Shown: one piece after another, positions 11,143 through 23,774 of the stretch
How the letters are laid out: each line of letters starts with the position of its first letter
How positions within the stretch are numbered: position 1 is the stretch's first letter
Source: Basidiobolus meristosporus CBS 931.73
Taxonomy: Eukaryota > Fungi > Basidiobolomycota
Assembly (NCBI GenBank): GCA_002104905.1
Contig: MCFE01000118.1
Coordinates: 62,001-126,000 of the forward strand
Direction of reading: 5' to 3'
Length of the DNA: 64,000 bases
The notes under the pieces: generated by a model
What the model was told of the DNA's origin: nothing
The model's database searches: none
What the model saw: the letters and a program-made list of their open reading frames with translations, nothing else
Translations under genes and position numbers: made by a program

Positions 11143-12026
11143 ATGACTTGCTCATCTGAATGGTCTTTTCTCATCAATCCCATCACTACCACTAGATTTC
11201 CTTTTGACACACTAGAGGAGATCTATTCCAACTACTGTGGACCATCTACCCCAATCTACTCAAGGAGATCCCTTGTTAAGCTTCTCTGCTTTTACAAGAA
11301 CTATTGCCCTACAATGTTTGATCCCACCATCCATGGCAACAAAAGTCCTAGAAGCTTTCATTCCCAGCTGACAGCAATGGAGAACCTTCTTGCAGAGTGT
11401 ATGAATGACTTAGAGCAAGCTTGGAATACTAGGTTCAGAAGCTCCAATAGATTTCCATATCCCAGAGTGTTCAGAACAGGTTCCATATAAGGAGTATTGT
11501 GGATACCTTCCCAGTGAGGATTAACAGACCTTCTAGAGGACAGAGGCACTTTTATCCCGGCAAGTACAAGGCACACTATGTGAAGTTTCAAGCACTGTCT
11601 GACATTGAGGGTAACATCATCTGGTTTAGTGGGCCATTTGCTAGAAGTAGGCAAGACAAAGCACTCTGGGTAGAGAATCATCCTGAATTCAGTAGAGGGG
11701 TGAAATGTATGGCAGACTTAGCCTATATAGGAGAGGATTGTCACAGATTAGGATGTATTACAGCTTATAGGAAGCCAAGGAATGGTGTGCTTAGCAGGAG
11801 GCAGATATTCTACAATGATATATTCAATCATTTCAGAGTGAGGGTAGAGCACACATTTGGATATCTGAAGAGATTCAGCATATTGGCAGGCTAATAAAGA
11901 GGAAAGTCATATATAGGAGAAAACAGCAGAATAGGTAAAATAGCTAAGATACTTATTAATGCACAGTATGCTCATACAAGAAGACATCCACTGAAACAAA
12001 TGTGTCTAGAGCATTATGAAGAGTAA
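11143..12026 (+). pseudogene. PHIS DDE transposase (DDE_Tnp_4-like), copy 1
   Basis: Motifs 'VDTFPVRINRP...YPGKYKAHYVKFQALSDIEGNI...SGPF..SRQD...MADLAYIG...FRVRVEHTFGYLKRFSIL'. A 1-nt deletion near 11474 and a stop at 11892. Confidence 0.9.
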
Positions 12027-12189
12027 ATGAAGCAAGGAAAGCACTATTCTGAGCAACATAAGTAAGATTGAGTAAAATTACCAGTAACTGTATTATACCA
12101 CTGGCATCATGGTAGAAATTATAGTGCCAGATTGATCTGGCACTATAAACAGGCTGGCACTATGTGGCACTATCCAACTGAAAAAGTCT

Positions 12190-12814
12190 GAGATGTTGGC
12201 ACATGGAGGACAGCCAGGAAGAGTTGGAAACTACCAAGGACAGATGTGCACATGGAGACACCTATGCCTATGGCATTAAGAAGCTAAGCAGCCCTAATGT
12301 GTGGGTAATCAGTTAAGTAATGAAAAGTTGGGTTGGGTGCAACAAGCAACTAAATTTTATCAGGAAAACTCCACCAAGATATGCCAGATTTCTCATGGTC
12401 ACAAGCCAACTTGTACACCATTCAAAACAGAATTCACACAAATAAGAGCCAGAGTGCACCTATATGGGGACCAGAATGCAGCAGGGAGAAGGAACATATT
12501 GACTAAATACCAAAAAGTTCTTTGCAGATACTAATGAAGCATTCATGGCAGAAGTGGCAACAACCAAGCATATGTTTGCAAGATGTGTATGATACTTTTA
12601 AGCTGCTGGTATTATTGTATGCACTAATTGAATCCTATCAAGTTGTATAACTTTATTTGGCAGTAAAATTAGCAAAATGCCATTGTGATCTTGTCATAAA
12701 ATTGTTAAGAGTGGCACTAATTCCAAGCTGCTGGTATTTTGATGGTCTCTGAACAAGATCCTGATGGCTGATCTGGATTGGATCCACCTGTGGGACCAAA
12801 TTATTTTTCATAGG
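12190..12814 (+). mobile_element. CMC/CACTA fragment: transposase 3' part and right TIR
   Basis: Homologous to ~46700-47100 and ~47570-47748. Ends 'ggaccaaattatttttcatagg'. Confidence 0.75.
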
Positions 12815-14301
12815 AAAATGCAGCTTTTGTCAGGGAGAAAGCAAAGTAAAACACAAGAAGCACTTTGTCAAAATAGCAATGAACAACATGGCAGTGACAA
12901 AGGTGAAGGTAAAGAGGAAAAGTCTACATAAGCCACAGACAGGGAAGTGTCAGAAAGAAGCTGCAGCTCTACTAATTAATGCTGGTAGCCCAGAACTGGC
13001 TGAATCTTCTCACATACAAGAAGAATGACCAACAATACGAAAGCTGTTTTTGCATGAGCTGGAAGTGAAGCCAGCTGAGGTACACTCTAGTGAGGTACAT
13101 GTATTTACAGAAAAAATAATTTGTCTACCACAGCCTCCACCTTCACCACCGTAGACAAAGTAGTAATCCCACTGACAGACAAAGCAACAGTATGAAAAAC
13201 TCAAAAAAACATTGTTATGACTACAGTGTAGTTTTGGAACATTAATAGGCACATCAAGAGGTTACAACACTCCTTCAAGAGCAGTGCTCAAGAAAACACA
13301 CTTGAATATTGTCAGGACTTACTCCAAGACTGGTGGATGAGTTGCTAGATCAAGTAGTGCAGGCTGAAGACCAGGACATTGTTGAAACATTTGACTATTT
13401 GGTATCATTCAGCAGCTAAAAGCTTACTTAACAATTCTGGACTAGTCCTGGTCAATGTGGGACTAATTTACAGCTCTAACTTTACCACTTTCTTCAGATC
13501 TATGATATCATGATTATTCCTTTATAGTCAGGATCAAATTAGTGCTATTACTAAACATTATGTACTAACCCTGAAACTGTTACAGAATGCTCATGAATAT
13601 TGAGAAACCCTGCTTACTTAGTATTACAGCTGTATTACTTCTACAAAGGTATAAACACTGAGTTGCTTTACTAATAAACTACAGCTCCACTAGTATCACT
13701 ATTTCTTGATAAGTTCCTTATATCTAAATCACTTCTTAAATTGCAACAGACAAATGGAAAGCAGTGATTGAACAGTGCTATAAAGCTCTAGGGCTCCAGC
13801 CAGAGTCATAGAAAAGAGCTGCTACAGCAAAAATACTTATTGAATGATGGATTTTGATGGAGTTACTTGTTGAGTGTGGGGTTGGGCTCAATGTGTGTGT
13901 TGGATATAGGAACATGAATAAGTGAATACCATTGGCAATTGAGGCACAACTGAAGTTTCAACAGGAGTAAACTAAGTTGTATGCACAATAAGTATAAGAA
14001 TGGGTAGAGTCAGGAAGTAAGGAGTGTGAAAAAGAGGCAATAGCTCATCAACGTACACACACCTAGGAGGTGATTGAGTGTTTGGGATCAGAAAGGGAGA
14101 GAGTTGGCAGCAGACCAATCAAAAGCCACTTATGAAATATTGTGATGAGAAATTTTGAACAAATTTTTTGTCAAATCTGGGGTACAATTATTTTCCAAAG
14201 GTGTTAGCATGGAGTCCTGATGGGATTCATTCTATTTAAACATGAGACTTTAATCTTTCAGTGGCCTTTTGAAGGGATCCTTACAATTATTTCTCATAGA
14301 G
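12815..14301 (-). mobile_element. CMC/CACTA fragment: ORF2 C-terminal part and left TIR
   Basis: Reverse-complement homolog of ~41439-43300. Ends in degenerate TIR 'attatttctcatagag' followed by CAC and a CMC transposase segment. Confidence 0.75.
13380..13748 (+). mobile_element. Solo LTR, copia B (369 bp), TSD GACAT/GACAA
   Basis: TGTTG...CAACA. Homologous to the LTR at 49417-49784. The 5-bp flanks differ at one base. Confidence 0.82.
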
Positions 14302-14880
14302 CACTGATTCTTGCCAACCTGAGGATGCTGCCAACTCTACGGCTGCATAGCCAAAATCTGTTAGTAGATTTATTGATATTTGGGCCTATATCACTGCCCA
14401 ACCTGGATAGCTACATGTATCCATTGCTGGATAATACATGTATGCTATCCAGTGGAATACCAGTAATTAGTTATCATATTAAATGACAAATCATCAACAG
14501 TATTTGAAATTCCCTAGCCATCTGCATGATGACTGACTTTTCTGGGCACAATTGGTTGTAGTGCTGTTAAATGTGTAAGATTCAAGGGATTTACTCTATA
14601 ATTAACACTCACTCTTAGCATCTAAACATCATCCATAAGAACATAATATTTCCGTCAAGAGAATGTATAGAAGTCAATATGCCATCACAGCAAAGTTGGC
14701 AAGCTGTATGCTGCTGAACAGAATATGGAAAGAATTGAAAACCAGAAATATCATCAATAGAGCTAATGTATTTGATCCAGAGTATACCACTATGAACAAT
14801 GCATATGAGCCTCAACAATGCTCTAGCACCAATGACCAAACTTCCTATGAAAAACAATTTGGTCCCAAGGTATGATCCAG
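14302..14880 (+). pseudogene. CMC transposase internal fragment
   Basis: 'LILANLRMLPT...GPISLPNLDSYMYPLLD' matches 45590-45730 (the NLPP...GP...LDSFL.P..DE motif of Transposase_21-type proteins). Confidence 0.7.
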
Positions 14881-15619
14881 TCAAGATCAACTATCAGGAT
14901 CCTGCAATTAGTCTTTCAAAGTGCCAGGAGATTCACATTACTCCCCCTCCACATAGTTGTATAATAGGATTGTAATTACATTTTGTTGATTCTACTACCA
15001 AATACAGTAAACAAGTTAACAGTGCTCAAGTGGTGTTTTGATAAGAATTGCAGGGCATTCCAGCAGCCTTAATGTGCTGTACATTTATTTAAGCAGACCT
15101 GACTGCCAATATGTCCAATTGCTTTATATTGCAACAAACTTGACAGTCTTTTTATGGCCTCATTGTATCCCTCTGCTGGCATCACAATGGCAAAACAGTA
15201 GCCTAAAGCTAGTTTTGTGTAATGCAACCATACCAACTTACCAAATGGTTTTTTTTCTACCTCCCTTGCGCCATTTGTATATTCCACTGTATATTACCCC
15301 TCTTTATTTGCTTACTCACTACTACCTTGGGTATTCCACATATAGTTTGAATTAAAAAAAACTATGGCCCCCTGCTTACTAACCTCTACATATGCATCCA
15401 CCCCACTCAATGGACACATCTCTATCACCTCAACTTTGTTGCTTTTTAGTAAGATACCTGTTAAGTTGTTGTATATCTTGTATTGCTAGTACATAAACAT
15501 TCTGCAGACATATGCTTGGTTGTCACCACCTTTGCCATGAATACCTCCTGAATGTCAGAATAGAACTTCTTGGTATTTAACCAACATAATACCTCTCCCT
15601 TATAGATTCTAGTCTCTAT

Positions 15620-18600
15620 TTGCTCTGAACATAATTTGGTCCTGCAGGTGAATCCAATCTGGATCAGCCATCATAATCTCATCAGAAGACTGCAGTGACA
15701 CCAGCAGCCTAGAATTAATGACCATCTACACAATCTTGTGACAGTATCATAACGGCATCTTGCTAATTTTACAGACAAATAAGGTTGATAATGGAGTTTG
15801 TACAGTTTTTTGCCAAGGGTGCATGGAATTGTTGCAGTCTAAGTGCACTTTACAACTCTATGAGAGGATCTAACCAGCCAGTGCATCCATTTGCCTTATA
15901 GAGCTAGAAACTTGACAATGTTTTGATGGTGTCTTTGCAAGCCTCTGATGTCATTGGCACAGCAGTATGGTGTCCTACTGCCAGTTCTGTATAATGCTAC
16001 CATACCAAATCATCAAATGGTACTTCCTTTTTCTACCTCCCCTTGTGCAATTCATTTATTCTACTGAGGAATCACCCCTCTCTATTTGCTTACCTACTAC
16101 TACCTTGGGTATGCCACTTATAATGTAAATTAGAAAGTACTATGACCTCCTGCTTACTAACCTCTGCAAATGTGCTCACCTGCTGCAGTTGACATACTTC
16201 TATCATCTCAGCTTTATGGCATTATGATGCTTGCAAGCTTGACATACACCTTGTACTACTGGTAACATATGCATCTTGCAAACATATGCTTGGTTGCCAC
16301 CACTCTGTCAAAAATACCTCCTGAATTATGGCAAAGAACCTTTTGGAACTTAGCCAATATATTCCTTCTCCCAGCTGGATTCTAGTGCCCCTTATACATG
16401 TTTTCTAGCTCTTGTTTGTGTGATTTCTGTATTTAATGGTGTTGGAATTGACTTGTGAACAAGTAAAATCCTGCATACTTTGGTAGAGTTTTCCTACTAG
16501 AAACAAGTTGCTTGTTGCACCCAACCCAGCTTTGCATTACTTAACTTATTACCCACCCATTGGGGCTGCTTAGCTTCTTAGTGCCATAGGAATAGGTGTC
16601 TTTATGTGCACATCTGTCCTCAGTATTTTATAACTCTTCCTGGCTGTTCTTTGTTTGCCAACTCATTATATCTATGATGGACTTCAAGGTATTAGTCATG
16701 GTGAGATTTAGATAAGGTAGTTGCTGCTATTTGACTTGCCTTCCTATCCCCCCATAAATCTGCTCCATAGGAAGCTCCCAAAAGGTGAAGCAAGGCCCAA
16801 TATTCTCAACACACCAAGCAAGATGGAGTAGCAAATGGATACAGTTTGCAGCAAGGATCTACATGTTCAGCTTTACATTTGTATTATAGCCACTCAAGTC
16901 CTGTTACAAACTCTTTGGACTAAAGCTAAAGCTGCATCATGTTTGCATTGGCGGTCTGCTTCTGGATAAGTATTCCTATAATGCCCACATATGACTCCCA
17001 ATGCCTCCAATGTACATGTGGTAGATATGGCTTCAGAAGGCCACTTAAACAAATACATATCCAGTATATCTGGTCTTTCCACTTGTATTTTTGCAAATGG
17101 GTATGAATGTTGATTAGAGCTTGTAAGAAGTACTTGGGGTAGTGGAAACTCTGTAATATCCTGTCAGTTCTTTCAAACTTCTCCGGTATCTCAAAGAGCT
17201 CACTCAGCTGAAAATACCCCATGTACAACTTGGTCATTCATATGGGTATATTGTTGAAAAGCAAATGTATTGCTCCCAGTGAAAAGCTTTTAAAGTTGTG
17301 ACACTGCATACACATGTACATGCAACACTATTTCCCCTTTGGTCTGACACTTCCACATATATGCTGCTAAGATATAAAGTAAAGTTATCTGGTACCTAAG
17401 CAATCCCACTGTTAACAGCAGCATAACAACAGTGGGACAGCAGATTGCTTTGATATTCAGTGCAACAAGCAGGGTTACAGCCAAAAAGGCCCTGTGGACA
17501 GTGTGCCCACTGTAGGGAATAATGTGGACTCCTCAGGCTCTCAGTTGAGTAGGCAGTTGGGAATCTCTACCTAGCTGCAAGCTGACCATATTGCTGAGAC
17601 AGATGAGAATGTAGCAAAAGCAGTACCTTTATTTGAGGACCAGCAAGTGGTCATCATAACATCAGTGCCACCCATATTAGCCAGTATGTTGTCAGCTCAT
17701 ACCAAAGCATTAATGAGGCAATTACGTGCAGTGACTGATAGGATAGATGCAATGGCCCAGAGAAATCAGGAAATTTTCAGAAACAGGATGAGTGGATAAA
17801 GATGCTTCAGAGCAGCATTTATCAAGGAGAAAGTATAGTTCATTACAAGAATCACTCAGAAAAAGTAGCAGTGAAAGACCTGGTAGTTATAAAGGAGAAG
17901 GTAGAGGGGAAAATTCTACCCTCAACAGAGACAGGGAAGAGTAAGAAAAAGCCTGCAGCTCTTGCCAATTAATGCTGTAAGCCCACAACAGACTGGATCC
18001 CATTGTAGCCAAGAAGAATTACCAGTAAGAAAAAAGCTGCTTTCACAAGAGTTAGAGGTGCAGCCAGTTTAGCTACACTCCAGTGAGGTAGATGAGTTTG
18101 CTGGGAAAGACAATTTGTTTACAGCAGCCTCCATTTTCTCTATTGTTGACAGAGTGGAGATCCCACTGACAGACAAAGTAACAATGTAAGGAGCTCAAAA
18201 GCTTATCACAATGCTCCTGGTGGACATTTGGAACATTAATAGGCTTGCCAAGAGGTTGTGGCACTTCTTCAAGAGCAGTGTATAAGAAAATGTACTTGAA
18301 TGTTGCAAGGACTTCTTGCAAAGACTGGCAGATAAGGAGCTAGGCCTTGCAATGCTGGCTGAAGACCAGTATGTCTGGGAACCAGTGAATGAACAGCAAC
18401 GTAAAGCCATAGGATTCCTGCCAAGGTATTGGAAACAAAGAGTTATAGCAGAAGTACTATTTGAGTGGTGGATTTTAGTGGAGTTACTTGTTAAGTATAG
18501 GGCTGGGCTTAACATTAATGTAGGGTATATAGACTTGCACAGGTCAATATAGTTGGCAATTGAGGTACAGCCAAAGTTTCAATGCAAATAAAATAGTTTG

Positions 18601-18920
18601 TGCATGAAAGATAAGACAAATGGCTGAGTGAGATAGTAAGGAGTGTGAAAAAGAGGCAATAGCCAATCAATGCACACAAATATAGGAGTTGATAAGGTGT
18701 CTGGGGTCAGGAAGTGACAAAATTGGCAGACAACCAATCAAAAGCCACTTTTGTATTGTTGTAATGAAAATTTTGTCCAAGTTATTTATGATATGCGGGA
18801 AGCAATTATTTTTTGATGGACTTTGCATGGTGTCCTGATGGAATCAATGACTCTTAGTCACAGAACATAGAATCTCTGATTGGCCTTTTGACAGGATCAT
18901 TTTAATAATTTTTCATAGGG
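15620..18920 (-). mobile_element. Internally deleted CMC element (~3.3 kb) nested in a CMC transposase, probable TSD TAT
   Basis: Clear TIR 'aataatttttcataggg' ends at 18920. Degenerate TIR 'tgctctgaacataatttggtcc' at ~15621. TAT flanks on both sides, and the host sequence rejoins across it. The transposase N-terminal ~1.6 kb is deleted at ~17290. Confidence 0.68.
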
Positions 18921-19676
18921 TATTATAGGTGTCCTTTGGCTCTTGTTTGTGTAATTTCCATAAGGAATGGTGTCAAAACATGCATATGACCAAGAGAAAT
19001 GTGGCATACTTTGGCAAAGTTGTCCTAATAAAAGTTAGTCTTGATTGTGCAAACTCAACTCTACATTAATTAGCGGATAACTGACACATTAGGGTTGTTT
19101 GGGTTCTTAATGCCAAAGGCATAGGTGTCCCTATGTGCACATCTGTCCTTAGTGTTTTCTAACTCATCATGGCTGTCCTCCACGTGCCAACTGATCAAGT
19201 CCAAGACAAATATGAAGGTAATACTGTTGATGAGACTGGAATATGGTAGTACCTGCAACTTGACTTGGCTTCCTTTCTACCCACACATCTGAACCATAGG
19301 AAACTCCCAAAATGGGAAGCAGAGTCTAATATTTTCCACACACCAAGTAATATGGAGTGGAGAATGGGTACAGCAGCAGCAGTGATCTATGCTCTTAGCT
19401 GTATACTTGTTGTATAGCTGCGGAAGTCCCTTCACAAACTCCTTGCTTGGAAGCTGTAGACAAGGCAAGTAGGCATTGGTGGTCCATTTCTGATAAGTAT
19501 TTCTACAATGTCAACATATAACTCCCAATGCTTCCAATGCACTCTTTGTACAAATGGCTTCAGAAGGCCACTGAAATGAATACATATCCAGTTTATCCAG
19601 TCCTTGCATTTGTATTGTTGCCTTTGCATATGAATGTAGATTTGAGCCTAGGAGAAGTACTTTGGGTAGCAGATAT

Positions 19677-19970
19677 CCCTATGAAAAAACTCAAACACAG
19701 AACTCATTAAATTTTAGTTGGTACTTTGCTGGTATATAGCAGGTGTTTTGGGTTTAAGATTTCAAATGCAATTTTCAATGGAGGCAATGGGCAGCTTATT
19801 ATCAAATTTGGCATGGATACTAGTTAGTCTAGTCTCCTGCTGGAGAAGTTGTTGGCTTGCCTGCCAATTGGCTAACAGCAAAAATGCAGAGAGTTGTCAA
19901 TTATAAGAAACTTGGAACTCAGCTGATATCAAGATTATATTTTCTTGGCCTCTTAATTTTTTCTTTTGGA
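19677..19970. mobile_element. 294-bp non-autonomous CMC-type element, TSD TAT/TAC
   Basis: Starts CCCTATGAAAAA and ends in degenerate 'ttttttcttttgga'. The host transposase reads 'gcaga-tac-tttgtaatatc' in the uninterrupted copy (~46205-46225, minus). Confidence 0.7.
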
Positions 19971-22084
19971 TACTTGGTAATATCTTGTAAGTTCTTTTAG
20001 ATTTCTCTGTTATCACAAGGAGCCCATTGAGCTTGAAATGCCACATGTACTCCTTGGCTACTAATATAGGGATACTGCTGAAAAGCAAAAGTACTGCTCC
20101 CAATGCAAAGGTTTTGCCCCAACAATTACCCACTGTCTTAAGTATCTCTGGTTCCCAATTAATTCCATATTCCAGTCAATGGTTTATAGCTTACCAGCTT
20201 TGCTGTAATTGCATGCTGACTTCAGTGAGTTTCTCTGTGGGAATATGATATTCCAATGTTGGTGTTTGCATAATAATAATGTGTGAGGGTTATAGAGTAA
20301 ATCCCCAGGATCATACACATTTGACAGAAATATCAATTATTGAACCCAGAGAAGCTGGTTTTCTTGCTGTTGGCTGGGGTATCTTCAATGCAGATAATAG
20401 TATGCAACTTGATATGATGGAAATTCAGTAGTATCCTGCTGAAGAGCATAAAAAATTCATCCAGCAATGGATACAGGTAGCTGTCCAAGTTAGATGGTGA
20501 TTTTGACCCAGATACCAGTGAGACTAGCATCAGATTTCTGCACTGATAGTATAAGATAGACAGAAGACTCAGGTGGATGATAGTTGTCGGCCAATGTGAT
20601 TTACTGGTAAAGCACTTGTTTAATGAGAATCAGTCAAGTGCTAAGGCAAACACATGGTCATAAATACCTTCAGTGTTGTCCACACTTATGAGTTGATAGC
20701 AATATTTGCCATAAAATATTTTTGGAAATGCTTGCACTTGATTTATACTGAGTGCAATATTCTATAGCTTCACAATGCTTGTTTGCCTACATGAGCTTCT
20801 TTAGATGGGGTGTTACTGGAATATATCTGATGTACAAACAATGCTTTCCTCTAATGGTGGTAAATTCTTGTTATGTGGGACACCCAGCAAAGGAGGTTTT
20901 ATCTGTTAAGAATGCATTTTACTATTAACAAATGCTGGTATCAGGATGGTCTCTGAGGTGAATATTGCTGGTTGATGATAGTTGTCCATTTTTCCAAGTA
21001 CATGGTGGGTTACATCCTGGAACAATCCTGCACGTAGTAGTAGTAAGCCCTCAAAGCCCCTATAACTGATATACTGGGAAACATGCCACTTTACCAGCCA
21101 CAACATTACATCAATCACCAGTAATTGGTGTACTGTGATCACTTGGCCCCATAAAGTATCCATGTCATTTTTCCACAGGTGTTGTCTCATTGCATATTGA
21201 GATTTTGCCAGGTTCATGCATGGTACTGTTGTTGGAGAGATAGCCTCACAATCTATCAGTGAACCATCCTCCTCAGAGCTATCACTCCATGTGTAATATG
21301 CAGAAGGGTAAAGTGAGCCTAAAGGCATTATAAATTCACCTGACTTAGTTTGCGCAAGGCAACAAGTACAGCTAGGTGCCATTGTAGTAATCAGCTTGGC
21401 ACTTAACAATGTAATACTATTATATCACCTTTTTATTGATACTTAAGTAAATTAAAGACAGTCTTGGGTTTTACATTTTGCACCCATATAAATGCACAAC
21501 TCAGTGATGACCAACCATAGTAGACATTATTAATAAAGATGTAGTATTACATACCTACACATACTTGACACCATTTCCCCCCTTGGTTAACTCACTTCCA
21601 TATATATGCTGCCAAAAAATAAAGTAAAGTTGTGTGGTTGCTGACCAAGCCCCACTATTAACGGCTGCAGAAGTACAGTTGGACAACAGCTTGCTTTGAC
21701 ATTCAGTGCAACAGCAGGGCTACATTCAGAACAGGAAATGTTGATAGTGTTTGACTGACAATAACAATGTTGATTTCTCAGGCTCTGTATAAAGTAGCAA
21801 GACAATAATCTCTGGGGAGCTGCAGGCTGAATACAATTCTTGGGCAGATGAGAATGTTTCAAATGCAGTATACTTGGTGGAACACCAACAAGTGGCCATC
21901 AAAATATCACCACCACCCAAATTAGCGAGTATATGTCAGCTCATATCAAATCATCAATGCGGCAGTTAGGTGAGGTGACTGAAATGATAGATGCAAGGGC
22001 CCAAAGAAATCATGAAATAGTCCTGGAACAGGATGAGCACATAACTCATGTAGAACAATCAAAATTGCTGGTAGAGAATACAGT

Positions 22085-22268
22085 AGACTTATTGTGTTGA
22101 ATTGCACCAGATGGTGCCAACCTGTTTATAGAGCCCAATCAGTCTGGCACTGTACAGCATCTGGTGCGGTATTTTTTACCATGATGTTAGAGATGGGATA
22201 CAGTTATTGGAAATTCTACTCAATCTTCCTATTGTTGCTCAGAACAGTGCTTTTCTTATCCACTCAAT
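22085..22268 (-). mobile_element. PHIS right-subterminal fragment
   Basis: Reverse-complement similarity to ~12020-12165 (ggcact motifs, 'ttactcaatctt..ttgttgctcagaa'). Confidence 0.6.
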
Positions 22269-23740
22269 TAAATTTTCAGACTGACTAGCCCTAATCTCAA
22301 CCTAAGATATTCAAGCTTCTTTCTAGTAAATGGTTTGGTAAATATGTCTAAAATCATCTTGTCAGCATGAAAATAACCCCAGCCAACTAAGTGATTCACT
22401 ATAGTTTCACATACAAAATGATGTCTAATATCCATCTGTTTAGCTCGAGCATGAGAAGCTGGATTTCTACCTAATTGTATACATCCATGAATATCTTGAA
22501 ATAAAGTAATAGACTTTTTTTGACATATGCCTAAATCTCTAAAAAGTTTTCTTAAGCACATTGCTTTGCTTGTAGCTTTACAGGTTGCTATATACTATTC
22601 CTCTGTGGTAGAAAGCCCTATGGCTGGTTACTTTCAAGCATTCCATGAAATGGCTCTGTGAAAGTAAAGAAAGGTGTATCCTGTGGTGGATCTTCTGTTC
22701 TCTAAATTTTGTCCCCAATCAGCTATAGAGCATCTCACAAGATCATGTTCCAAATTCTTGTAAGTACATCTTGAGCAGATTTGAGCAGCTCCTTTTAGAT
22801 ATCTAAGAATCCACTTCACTGCTGCAAAATAACCAGATCCATACTTCAAATTCTGTTGGCTGGGAACTCCCACTGAATATAAGATATCTGGACATGCTCT
22901 AAGCATGATATACATCAGATGGCTGGCCATAGAGTAATGCAAAAACTCAGAGCTTTCAAATAGCATCTAGCTCTCTTGATTTGGTTACATTTTGAAGAAG
23001 CTAAGGTTTGTCTCCATTGAGCTAGCTGCTGGTTGACAGTCTTCCATTTAGTGCTTGTTTAATATATCTTGAATATACTTTGATTGGCTTAGAGTAATAT
23101 TCCAGGTACTTTTGTCTATGGAGAACTTTATCCCAAACTAGCAACTGAGCCCTTATAGATTGGACATTTTAAATCCTTTATATAGGCTGGATTTTGTCTC
23201 CTCTAGTGTTTCTAGGTTATTTGAGGCTATAATATGATCATCCATATATAGAGCTAGTTGAGCTTGCCTTGCTCTATCTGGTACACATACCCAGCCTCAT
23301 CTTGTTCTCAACTCCAAAAGCAGTTTTAATATCCATTTAATATATTGATGATTCAATTTGGCTGCAATGGCAAATATGAATCTGATGGATTAAAATTTGG
23401 ATACTGAAGAAAAGGTCTCTGTATAGTCAAGTTCTTTTGTTTGCAAATATCCTTTGGTTGCAAGTCTTACTTTGTATCTTTGAGCTGTACCATCTGCCAT
23501 GTATTTTGTCTCAAAGATCCATCTGTATCCAATTGATTTTTGATGGATTGGTAATTCAACTAAGTCCCAAGTTTGATCTTCCATCAGGGCCTGATATTCC
23601 TTGGTCATTGCAAAATCTCCAAAGCTCCCTCTGAGGGCTTTTTAGGGCCTCTTTTACAGTCCAGGGTGCATCAATACAAATTGAATAGGCATAGGCTAAG
23701 TTTGTGCCCTCATTGATTTGGTAATTTGGGCTATTTTTTG
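22268..23740 (-). pseudogene. copia A RT/RNase H fragment with internal deletion
   Basis: 'IQLGRNPASHARAKQMDIRHHFV', 'DWGQNLENRRSTTGYTF' and 'EYQALMEDQTWDLVELP' match 6660-8200. Confidence 0.85.
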
Positions 23741-23774
23741 TCTGGTTGCATCACCTAGCATTTGATACTGAGGT

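Larger units (their letters stand above)
3434..12189 (+). mobile_element. PHIS (PIF/Harbinger-ISL2EU-like) DNA transposon copy 1; left end lost at the gypsy D LTR; interrupted by copia A
   Basis: 3434-3895 plus 9277-12189 is colinear, inverted, with 53169-57685. It contains ORF2 (-), a DDE transposase (+) and a degenerate right TIR 'atgtggcactatccaactgaaaaagtct' ending at 12189. Confidence 0.85.
15030..22080 (-). mobile_element. Degenerate CMC/CACTA host copy (transposase on minus, start of ORF2 on plus) carrying two nested CMC insertions
   Basis: 15030-15619, 18921-19676 and 19971-~21400 are colinear with the reverse complement of 44800-47500 (e.g. 'HITWCVENIRLCFPFWEFPM', 'LVSLVSGSKSPSNLDSYLYPLLDEF'). 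Outer ends not resolved. Confidence 0.72.

Noticed and set aside
11440-11520. Intron or programmed frameshift in the PHIS transposase
   Set aside because: The two copies break frame at different bases and their consensus is open.
14880-15030. Unassigned 150 bp with a purine tract (AGGGGGAG on minus) resembling a PPT
   Set aside because: No recognisable LTR start or RNase H sequence next to it; too short to call.
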